Below the pieces are notes generated by a model. It did no database searches. It was not told where the DNA came from and worked only from the letters and a program-made list of their open reading frames with translations. The position numbers were made by a program, and so were the translations under genes. From contig PRDJ01000080.1 in assembly GCA_003345555.1 (NCBI GenBank), positions 1 to 25,869 of the forward strand: DNA of 25,869 nucleotides. The letters are read 5' to 3'. Shown piece after piece: positions 8,628 to 16,148 of this stretch (positions are counted from its first letter, which is position 1; every line of letters starts with the position of its first letter). Origin of the DNA: Candidatus Thorarchaeota archaeon (GTDB taxonomy: Archaea > Asgardarchaeota > Thorarchaeia > Thorarchaeales > Thorarchaeaceae).

Positions 8628-9002
8628 CTAGAACCACATGGTTGCGTCCGCGTCTAATGCGAGGTCATTCAATGTAGCGGCACCCACTATCTTGACCCCA
8701 GGTATTAACTCAACCTTGTCCCATCCAAGCATTTGTTTCGATGCTTCACAGACGTAAATTGGTATGCCGGCTTTCAGAGTCTGGTTAATCATGTCAAGAA
8801 CGCTAGGAAAGCTACCCAGTTTGATCTTCTCGGCTGCACCAGGCTTCAAAATCCTGAGACCCGTTCCAAGATAGTACACCTTCGCATCAATATTCATTGC
8901 CTTCGCGCTCTGAGCCAGCACTAGTGGAGAGTATTGTCTCTCTGGGTTGTCGCTCGTCTGGACGTACAGAATGCTCTTCTTGCCTGTAATCTTCTTACTC
9001 AT
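8628..9002 (-). CDS. DsrE/DsrF-like sulfur-relay protein
   Basis: 124 aa with PLVLAQSAKAMNIDAKVYYLGTG..GIPIYVCEAS..ELIPGVKIVGAATL..ADATMWF. A single Cys sits at the position of the active DsrE Cys. Confidence 0.85.
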   Translation of the reverse strand: MSKKITGKKSILYVQTSDNPERQYSPLVLAQSAKAMNIDAKVYYLGTGLRILKPGAAEKIKLGSFPSVLDMINQTLKAGIPIYVCEASKQMLGWDKVELIPGVKIVGAATLNDLALDADATMWF

Positions 9003-9013
9003 TTTGAATCCAC

Positions 9014-9256
9014 CTACTTTTTCTTTCTAATCAGAAATCTTTGAACACCATCTTCCTGCTTCTCGTAGAGAATGAGTTCATTCCCTGTTCTCTTCGCAAA
9101 TACCTTCAAGTCCTCTTCAGCCGCAGGATCATCGGCTAGAACCTCTAGTATCTCTCCAACTTTCAGCTTGTCTATAGCTTCTCTTGTCTGGAATAGCGGC
9201 TGCGGACAAAACAGCCCAACACAATCCAGTGTTTCTGCGGGCTCGTTCTTCTTCAT
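9014..9256 (-). CDS. tusA: TusA/SirA-family sulfur carrier
   Basis: LDCVGLFCPQP (CPxP motif), GEILEVLADDPAAEEDL and a FLIRK C-terminus. An AGGAG SD lies upstream. Confidence 0.92.
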   Translation of the reverse strand: MKKNEPAETLDCVGLFCPQPLFQTREAIDKLKVGEILEVLADDPAAEEDLKVFAKRTGNELILYEKQEDGVQRFLIRKKK

Positions 9257-9269
9257 ATCGTGTTCTCCT

Positions 9270-9323
9270 AACTATCGTTAATCAACGCTAGCTCCGCCCG
9301 TTAACTTATAAAACTATCGTTAA
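9270..9323. repeat. 12-bp exact direct repeat AACTATCGTTAA (9270-9281 and 9312-9323) flanking a TTATAA box at 9306-9311
   Basis: Read directly. The copies start 42 bp apart, in the divergent tusA/adh intergenic region. Confidence 0.75.
9306..9311 (-). promoter_or_regulatory. Putative TATA box for the tusA operon (palindromic TTATAA)
   Basis: Lies about 50 bp upstream of the tusA ATG in an AT-rich patch. Confidence 0.45.
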
Positions 9324-9408
9324 GTGAGTATTTCCCGGAGTCGCCTCGCTATGAGAGCATCAGGAGGGTCCTCGCTTTGCATGGCGGGTGTGAGTCATAC
9401 AGCAGTCG

Positions 9409-9447
9409 TTATATTAGGGTTGAACGTGATGCCCGCGAACAGGTGAT
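9409..9447 (+). promoter_or_regulatory. Putative TATA (TTATATTA, 9409-9416) and SD (AGGTGAT, 9441-9447) for the dehydrogenase gene
   Basis: Archaeal-type elements positioned upstream of ATG 9451. Confidence 0.45.
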
Positions 9448-9450
9448 TAG

Positions 9451-10560
9451 ATGGCACGTCACAGCAAAGCAGCGGTGGTTCCCAAACCCAACGATCCGCT
9501 CGTTATCAAGGATATTGAGATTCCCGAGCTTGTACCCGGTTCCATCTTATTGAAAGTCGCAAACGCTGGTGTCTGCGGCACCGATGTCCATCTTTGGCAT
9601 GGAAAGCTTACCGGGGTACCTTATCCACTCATACTTGGTCATGAGGTCGTAGGAACCGTTGAGGATCTAGGCTCTGGACAGACAAAGGACCTTGACGCTG
9701 GTCAGATAGAGATTGGTGACAGGGTCACGTTTCACGATGTCACAAAGACCTGCTACTCTTGCTGGAACTGTCTCGTCGCCAAAGCACCTACCAAATGCAC
9801 CAATCGAGAAGTCTACGGAATAACGCGTGACTCAAGCAAGTTTCCGTTCTTGATTGGAGGTTACAGCGAATACATGTACCTCACACCCGGCACGCACATG
9901 ATGAGCATTCCTGAGAATGTGAGTTTCAATGGAGCAATATCAGCAGGTTGCGCCCTGCCGACTGCAGTGCACGCCGCCACTAGGAGTCCACTTACATGGG
10001 GCGCCAACGTTGCAGTACAAGGAGCTGGACCAGTGGGCCTGATGATTGCGATGATCGCAAAGGTGAACGGGGCTAGAACAGTCACGTCCATTGACCAAGC
10101 TCCGAATCGTCTGGAGCTCGCTGAGGAGTTCGGGGCGACACATACCCTGAACATACGGGAGGGCACCGTTGAGGACCGTAAGAAATTCCTACGTGACATA
10201 TCGAATGGTCATGGACCTGACATAGTCTATGAGGCGACCGGCGCGGCCAGAGCCATACCGGAGGGAATAGAGCTTGTGCGTGAGGGCGGCACTTACACGA
10301 TTTGCGGCCAGTATACTGACAGCGGGACTGTAGAGGTCAGACCGCACCTGATGAATCGCAAGCACTTGGACATCAGAACTGTCTGGGGTACGGAGACAGT
10401 TCATGTATACAGGGCCATCAAGACCATTGCCGAAAACTACGATCGGTTTCCATTTGAGAAGCTTGTCACTCATCGTTTCCCGCTTCGTGATGCGCAGAAG
10501 GCGCTGGAAGCTCAGGAGAAACTGATTTCGATCAAGGCAGTGATTGCACCTAATGGTTAG
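9451..10560 (+). CDS. Zinc-dependent medium-chain alcohol dehydrogenase (MDR, TM0436-like)
   Basis: Catalytic Zn ligands (GVCGTDVH, GHE), structural Zn CYSCWNC..C and Rossmann motif QGAGPVG. Confidence 0.92.
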   Translation: MARHSKAAVVPKPNDPLVIKDIEIPELVPGSILLKVANAGVCGTDVHLWHGKLTGVPYPLILGHEVVGTVEDLGSGQTKDLDAGQIEIGDRVTFHDVTKTCYSCWNCLVAKAPTKCTNREVYGITRDSSKFPFLIGGYSEYMYLTPGTHMMSIPENVSFNGAISAGCALPTAVHAATRSPLTWGANVAVQGAGPVGLMIAMIAKVNGARTVTSIDQAPNRLELAEEFGATHTLNIREGTVEDRKKFLRDISNGHGPDIVYEATGAARAIPEGIELVREGGTYTICGQYTDSGTVEVRPHLMNRKHLDIRTVWGTETVHVYRAIKTIAENYDRFPFEKLVTHRFPLRDAQKALEAQEKLISIKAVIAPNG

Positions 10561-10650
10561 TACGAGGTGAGAATCGCAAGGATTCAAACCGACATCCATT
10601 AGTGCATGTGACTTGGCAGTTTACCAAAGCTACTGTGATGGCGGTGCCAA

Positions 10651-11724
10651 GTGCCCAATAGAGACTGTCGAGTCGGTTTTATGTGGAATACGGCCTTCGA
10701 CAGTTTCGATTATGGCGACCGACATCCGTTGAGACCCGGCCGTTTTAGAATGATTCGGGACTATCTCGATTCAGCTGGATTACTTGCGTCTGCGAACGTC
10801 GTTGAGATAGAAGCAGAACCTCTCTCTATGGCAGTTCTTGAAAGGGTCCATTCCTCAGAGTACGTCGAGTCTGTGAGAAGAATATCTCAAACGGGCGAAG
10901 GAGAGATCGACATAGATACGCCGGGATTCAGAGGAATATACGAGAATGCTCTCATGCTGTCGGGGGCTACCGTAACCGGAGTACGCGCAGTCCTTTCGGG
11001 ACATGTAGAGCATTTTCTTTCTCCTACAGGAGGCTTCCATCATGCCAAGTTCGAAAGAGGAGGCGGCTTCTGCGTATTCAACGATATCGCGGCTGCGGTT
11101 CATGAGCTAAAACAGCACGGTCTTAATCGAATACTTGTCGCGGATTTCGATGTCCATCATGGAAATGGCGATCAAGCGTACTTCTACGATGACCCGGAAG
11201 TGATGGTCATCTCTTTCCATGAGGATCCCGAGTGGATGTATCCGCACGAGGGCTACGTGAACGAGATTGGCTCTGGTCGTGGCGTTGGCTACAACATCAA
11301 CATGCCCTTTCCAATGGATGCAGGCGATAGCGTCTACAGGTATGCGTTTGACGAGCTTGTTCCAAAGCTGATTGATTTATTTCGTCCTCAATTCATACTG
11401 TTTCTGCCAGGTTTCGATGCACACTATTTGGATCGGCTGGCTCACCTCAAACTGACAACAACAATGACTCGATACATCACGGGAAGGATACACAATGCAG
11501 CGCACAAATGGAGTGAAGGGCGGCTCGGAGTTGTGACGGGCGGAGGATACCATCCTGATTCTCTGTGCTGGGGCGTGGCCTCGGTAATGTCAGTACTGTC
11601 AGGTCGGGAGTATTCTCCCCCTAGGCAAAACCCACCTTTCAAGGATGATGAGGAGACATGGAGGACTGTGCATGAGACCGTGGATCAAGTCAAGGATTCG
11701 GTCTTCCCAGTCCTAGGAATCTGA
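10651..11724 (+). CDS. Zn-dependent histone deacetylase family protein (AcuC/HDAC-like amidohydrolase)
   Basis: HPLRPGR, GGFHHA, GFCVFND, DFDVHHGNG, SFH, NINMP, GFDAH..D.LA and GGGY are all present. Confidence 0.93.
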   Translation: MPNRDCRVGFMWNTAFDSFDYGDRHPLRPGRFRMIRDYLDSAGLLASANVVEIEAEPLSMAVLERVHSSEYVESVRRISQTGEGEIDIDTPGFRGIYENALMLSGATVTGVRAVLSGHVEHFLSPTGGFHHAKFERGGGFCVFNDIAAAVHELKQHGLNRILVADFDVHHGNGDQAYFYDDPEVMVISFHEDPEWMYPHEGYVNEIGSGRGVGYNINMPFPMDAGDSVYRYAFDELVPKLIDLFRPQFILFLPGFDAHYLDRLAHLKLTTTMTRYITGRIHNAAHKWSEGRLGVVTGGGYHPDSLCWGVASVMSVLSGREYSPPRQNPPFKDDEETWRTVHETVDQVKDSVFPVLGI

Positions 11725-11779
11725 TCCCATAGAAATAGAACACCGTATTTCATGCGAATCCTAGAATCCGCAATGCTCC

Positions 11780-12661
11780 TCATGGTCGCCAGAAATCAAC
11801 AATGTATTCAAAGGTAGTACTAAGCGTGATGTAGTTGTTGGGCCACCCGAAGATCCCTGCGCGGTTCACTATGTTCCGTCTGTCCCAGATGATTATGTTA
11901 CGAAGCTCGTAACCCACGTCTTGGAGTGCATTGATGACATGCATGTGAGCTGGAACCCTTTTGTCCTCCCACCAGTAATCCGTTATGTTGACAAGACAGT
12001 GTGCCTTGTGACGCAAGAGCGGGAGAATCCCTTCAAAGATCTCACCCATAGTCTCCGCATAGGCCTCGGCATTCATTGTGCCCAAGTCTCTCGGGTCATC
12101 CGAGTATTGCTGCACCTTGAGATAGTGCTCATCTCTTCTGAGATCGCCCCTTATGCTCTTGTTCTGTCTGCGGCGATTCAGGAGGTTTGCGTAGGGCGGT
12201 GATGTCACACACAGTGCAACAGTCTCCTCTTCGAGGTACGAAGGTATGTTGTGAGCATCATCGCATAATGCAATCTGCGTCGTTCCATTGTCTGGCATGG
12301 AGTTCAGCCGCTTGTTTGAGAACTCGACGTAGTCAGCCTTGAGGTCAAATCCGGCGGCGTTTCGTCCGAGGTCTCTGGCTGCAACAAGCGTTGTGCCCAC
12401 TCCGACGAACGGGTCCAAGACCAGTTCGCCCTTATGGCTGAAGAGAGATATGCACTTCGAGGGAAGTGCGATGGGATAGGTCGCCGGATGAACATTCTTG
12501 TCTCTCACGTCCCTTGCCTCGTAGTAGAACTCCCACACTGCAATCTGATGTTGAATCCATTCCTTTGCTGACAAGCAGTTGATGTGATTCTGAGGACAAG
12601 CGCACGTACGTTCATGACCGATTCTCAAGGGCCTGCCGATATTCGATTCTGCTGAGTTCAT
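11780..12661 (-). CDS. DNA amino-methyltransferase (probably N4-cytosine) with AdoMet motifs preceding the catalytic motif
   Basis: HPATYP, then LDPFVGVGTT (motif I), GFDL (motif II), then TSPPY (motif IV), then LRNIIIW. Confidence 0.88.
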   Translation of the reverse strand: MNSAESNIGRPLRIGHERTCACPQNHINCLSAKEWIQHQIAVWEFYYEARDVRDKNVHPATYPIALPSKCISLFSHKGELVLDPFVGVGTTLVAARDLGRNAAGFDLKADYVEFSNKRLNSMPDNGTTQIALCDDAHNIPSYLEEETVALCVTSPPYANLLNRRRQNKSIRGDLRRDEHYLKVQQYSDDPRDLGTMNAEAYAETMGEIFEGILPLLRHKAHCLVNITDYWWEDKRVPAHMHVINALQDVGYELRNIIIWDRRNIVNRAGIFGWPNNYITLSTTFEYIVDFWRP

Positions 12662-12734
12662 CGTGAACCAACTCCCGCCTTCGATTTAAGGCCCTTTGGT
12701 TTGCCTGCGCCTCTCTTGGCTGGAATATTGCGCA

Positions 12735-12748
12735 TGTCAGTACTGACA
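12735..12748. promoter_or_regulatory. Perfect 14-bp palindrome TGTCAGTACTGACA, a candidate operator
   Basis: Read directly. It lies in the divergent MTase/histidine-kinase intergenic region. Confidence 0.35.
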
Positions 12749-12909
12749 GTCCCGAGGGATCCACAGATGAGTGCCATGGATAGCCATCGATTGGGGCTAG
12801 AACACCAAGACGAACAGCATAACCTCAATTAGCTCGATTGGCTGGAAAGGGACCAGAAACGTGTTCTAAGTCAACCTAGGAAACGTAGACTCTCACGGGG
12901 CGAAGCACT

Positions 12910-13971
12910 TTGGTCAAAGCCAAGGATACAGCAGGCCAAGACTCAGACAAAAGAATGCTCGCGAATGCAGAGTCCGTGTACCGTCTGCTAATAGAGACAA
13001 TGCGAGACGGACTGGCAATAGATGATGAGACTGAAAAGATAGTATATGCCAATGATGCCTTTGCCGAGATGCTTGGTTACTCTCCTTCGGAACTGATAGG
13101 TAAGAACTGGGTTGACTTCACGGCCAAGAAGGATCACAAGGCAGCTCAAGAGAGACTTCACAACCGGAAGAATGGCAAGTCGGAAAGGTACGAGATGGAA
13201 TGGGTGAACCGCAGTGGACAGATCGTACCAACCATCATATCCGCCGCTCCATACTTCGACACAAGAGGCAAGTTCAAGGGTTCATTTGCCGTCATCACAG
13301 AGATATCCGAACAGAAAGATGTGGAAGAGACAATTCAGTTCTACCTTGACCTGATTACGCACGACATAGCGAACCAGTTGCAGGTCATAATGATGTCCGC
13401 CGGGTTGCTGGAACACAACTTCCCGCCATCCTACATCGATGAAGCACGGCACGATATTCTTGATGCAGTAGAACGCTGCAACAGGCTCATAACCAAGACA
13501 AAACGTGCAGGTCAAATCAGGGGAATACCCAACACAAGTGTAGACCTGTCGAGCGCAATAAAAGAGAAAGCTGAGGTTCTTGCACGGGTCTATGATGCTA
13601 AGGTGCATGTGGAGGGCTTTGATACTCCAGTATGGGTAAAGGCAGATTCTCTCTTAGGCGAACTTGTGTGGAATATTCTTGAAAACGCTGCAATGCACAA
13701 CACCAAGGTAGACAAACGGGTGTGGGTATCGGGAGAAAGGGAAGATAAGTTGTTCAGACTTTCCATAGCTGACAATGGTCCCGGTATAAGCGCTGCTAGG
13801 AAGAAGTCGCTATTTGTCAGGACTGAACGCTTCGGTGGTGTGGGTCTTGCACTTGTTGCCCAGATGGTTCGCAAGTACGGAGCGAGGATCGAGGTTCAAG
13901 ATCGGGAACCCGGAAAGCCATCCTCCGGAGCGAGTTTCGTCATTACTTTCCAGAACTCGGAAGCTGCGTAG
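12910..13971 (+). CDS. PAS-domain sensor histidine kinase
   Basis: PAS/PAC region (IVYANDAFAEMLGYS..ELIGK..YEMEWVNRSG..EISEQK), H-box THDIANQL, N-box NILENA, G1 DNGPGI and G2 GGVGL. The start codon is uncertain. Confidence 0.9.
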   Translation: MVKAKDTAGQDSDKRMLANAESVYRLLIETMRDGLAIDDETEKIVYANDAFAEMLGYSPSELIGKNWVDFTAKKDHKAAQERLHNRKNGKSERYEMEWVNRSGQIVPTIISAAPYFDTRGKFKGSFAVITEISEQKDVEETIQFYLDLITHDIANQLQVIMMSAGLLEHNFPPSYIDEARHDILDAVERCNRLITKTKRAGQIRGIPNTSVDLSSAIKEKAEVLARVYDAKVHVEGFDTPVWVKADSLLGELVWNILENAAMHNTKVDKRVWVSGEREDKLFRLSIADNGPGISAARKKSLFVRTERFGGVGLALVAQMVRKYGARIEVQDREPGKPSSGASFVITFQNSEAA

Positions 13972-14042
13972 CCTCGTACGATGAGATGGCCACGACCAAA
14001 GGCTGAAGGCTAGGGTGCCGACTTTCTTGATGCTTTGCAGTT

Positions 14043-14315
14043 CTAGTTCCTCTTGCCAGAAACGCGCCTGTACAGCCCTTCAAAGAAATCTTTCTTGCTT
14101 ACCTTCTTCTTGTTGATTTCGAAGAAACTCGTGCTTATTCGGTACAGCCTCTTCTTGACAACTTCGAAATCGCGCATCTTCTTCTTCTGAATCATGTCAT
14201 CAAAGACTGATGTCACTGCTTCAGGGAAATTATCAATGTATTGACACTGATTTACTTGTATGTGAAACAGTGTACTCTGGAGAATATGTTCTCGCCTGTT
14301 AGATCCATTAGCCAT
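14043..14315 (-). CDS. Small Lys/Phe-rich hypothetical protein
   Basis: 90-aa ATG ORF filling an otherwise empty gap between the kinase and the radical SAM gene. No recognisable motif. Confidence 0.45.
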   Translation of the reverse strand: MANGSNRREHILQSTLFHIQVNQCQYIDNFPEAVTSVFDDMIQKKKMRDFEVVKKRLYRISTSFFEINKKKVSKKDFFEGLYRRVSGKRN

Positions 14316-14508
14316 TGCGAAGGTCCCGACTGACCATCTGGCTTCTGTAAAATAAGTGTTCTAGGTAAAGCGTTCTCACACAATGATTAATCGAATACAT
14401 TCTTGAATAACGACAGGCATCGTCGCCGGATTGCTTGAAGTTAAGAGGGCCTGCCCTTGCGCTGCAGATTTAACTGACGCATGGTGTAAGGTGGACTGAA
14501 GAAACAGT

Positions 14509-15204
14509 ATGAGGATTGGTTCAATCATTGACATAAGCCTAGTTGATGTTCCGGGCATTCCTGTCACGGTGGTCTTTACAGCGGGGTGCAATTTTGATTG
14601 TTCTTACTGCCAGAATGCTCAGATCATCCCCCGGTCTTCGGGGACTGACATGCCTATACAAGCCATAGTCAAGAAGACGCAAGGGAGTCTCTCCAGTGGT
14701 TGCTGCATCACAGGCGGCGAACCAACGATTCATCGAGACCTTCCACAGCTCCTGAAGCAACTGAGGCAAAAGGACGACTATCACCTTAACCTGAATACTC
14801 AAGGCTCCATGCCCGAGGTTCTGAAGAATTGTCTTCCATATCTCGATTCAGTCTGGTTTGATATCAAGGCTGATCCCATTAGGTATCGTGAGGTTGTCAG
14901 AACACCCAATGACCCTTGGCCCAAGGTCCGCGAGAGTATAGACTTGGTGATGAGCTCGGATGCCGCCTTCTGGCCACGGACTACCTATGCAGGCAATCTC
15001 CTGTCGAATCGAGACATACGAGCAATCCTTGAACTACTTGAGAAAGTCGGATATCAAGGAGAGTACGTCATGCAGAAGTATGTTGCATCGGCGGGCACAA
15101 GAAAGGCAGAAGCCGCTCGGCTGAGGGTGCCGACGCGAGAAGAGATTGAATCGCTTGCACGAGACACACCGCCCGGCATCAAGATGCGGCTCGAGCTATT
15201 CTGA
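14509..15204 (+). CDS. Radical SAM protein, anaerobic ribonucleotide reductase activase (NrdG-like)/PFL-activase family
   Basis: SLVDVPG..VVFTAGCNFDCSYCQN (CxxxCxxC), ITGGEPT, LNTQGS and DIKA. Confidence 0.85.
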   Translation: MRIGSIIDISLVDVPGIPVTVVFTAGCNFDCSYCQNAQIIPRSSGTDMPIQAIVKKTQGSLSSGCCITGGEPTIHRDLPQLLKQLRQKDDYHLNLNTQGSMPEVLKNCLPYLDSVWFDIKADPIRYREVVRTPNDPWPKVRESIDLVMSSDAAFWPRTTYAGNLLSNRDIRAILELLEKVGYQGEYVMQKYVASAGTRKAEAARLRVPTREEIESLARDTPPGIKMRLELF

Positions 15205-15208
15205 ATCT

Positions 15209-15233
15209 CCAACATTGTGTTCGCACGAGTTGG
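15209..15233 (+). terminator. Hairpin just after the radical SAM stop codon (ccaac..gtg-TTCG-cac..gttgg)
   Basis: Stem of about 10 bp with a TTCG loop, 5 nt after the TGA. Confidence 0.25.
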
Positions 15234-15357
15234 CTCTCCACCACACAAACAATACGGCTTACGCGCAAACACACAGACAAGCTTTTAAACGGCCTCTCGT
15301 TGAGCCTACTTGCCGAACTGGCTGAGAGGCCAGATAGGGCTGGAGTGTTCGGATGGA

Positions 15358-16092
15358 ATGTTTCCCACACAGAGTCTTGGTTACGACAGGAACATCACAA
15401 TGTTCAGTCCCGAGGGTCGGCTCTATCAAGTCGAGTATGCGACTGAGGCTGTCCGCCATGGTCCTCTTGCTGTTGGTGTGAAGGCCACCGACGGAGTCAT
15501 CATCGCGGGTGAGAAGCGATCCCCCCATGCCCTTGTCGATCTTGATACGCTCAAGAAGATCGTTCTGATTGACGATCACATCGGAACGGCGATAGCTGGT
15601 TTGCACGCAGATGCCAGAAGGCTGATTGACTATGCTCGGGTGAGGGCACAAATCAACAGACTCAGCTATGACGAGCCCGTTTCGATTCAGTCCCTTGTCG
15701 TAGAGATCTGTGACATCAAGCAGTCCTACACTCAGGGTGCCGGCGCCAGACCGTTTGGAGTATCTCTGCTTCTGGGCGGAGTCGACGACTTCGGTCCACA
15801 ACTCTATACAACTGACCCCTCCGGGAGTTACTGGGGCTGGAAAGCCGCAGCAATTGGAAAAGACTCTGATATGGTCCGAGACTTTTTCAAGGAACAATAC
15901 AAGCCTACCATAGACCTTGAAGGTGCTGTGAAGCTTGCTGTTCAGGGCATCATAAAGGCCGCAGGTGAAAAGACTGCTGTTGATCCGGCCGAGAAGGCCA
16001 AGACAGTCGAAATCGGACGGATAGACACGACCTCAAAGATGTTCAAGATTCTCGGCCAGAACGAGGTCGAGGCTATACTCAAGACAATGTAG
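15358..16092 (+). CDS. psmA: 20S proteasome alpha subunit
   Basis: GYDRNITMFSPEGRLYQVEYA signature, KIVLIDDHIG, GLHADAR, RPFGVSLL, DPSG and AIG. ATG at 15358 is preferred. TTTTAAA at 15283-15289 may be its TATA box. Confidence 0.96.
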   Translation: MFPTQSLGYDRNITMFSPEGRLYQVEYATEAVRHGPLAVGVKATDGVIIAGEKRSPHALVDLDTLKKIVLIDDHIGTAIAGLHADARRLIDYARVRAQINRLSYDEPVSIQSLVVEICDIKQSYTQGAGARPFGVSLLLGGVDDFGPQLYTTDPSGSYWGWKAAAIGKDSDMVRDFFKEQYKPTIDLEGAVKLAVQGIIKAAGEKTAVDPAEKAKTVEIGRIDTTSKMFKILGQNEVEAILKTM

Positions 16093-16148
16093 TTGGGTTC
16101 TTGCTGAGACCTGACTTTCTGCTTAGAGAGTGAGACTGTTTGAGGTAC

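Noticed and set aside
9270-9290. SurR-type operator upstream of the sulfur operon
   Set aside because: The Thermococcales SurR site is GTT-N3-AAC. The spacing here is N4, so it is reported as an unknown motif rather than SurR.
10561-10650. tRNA-like fragments on the minus strand (TAGCTTTGGTA and GGTTTGAATCC)
   Set aside because: The T-stem pairs for only 2 bp and no acceptor or anticodon stems can be built, so this is not a tRNA.
12724-12791. Cluster of six 6-bp palindromes (AATATT, TGCGCA, AGTACT, GGATCC, CCATGG, ATCGAT) upstream of the MTase
   Set aside because: The sites are all different, and such a cluster is plausible by chance somewhere in 26 kb. Only the 14-bp palindrome was retained.
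15310-15357. N-terminal extensions from the ORF track (psmA from 15310; also iscU 7451, iscS 8637, nuclease 19055, coiled-coil 22811)
   Set aside because: Downstream ATGs match family N-termini or SD positions and avoid overlaps, so the extensions are probably artefacts of longest-ORF calling.
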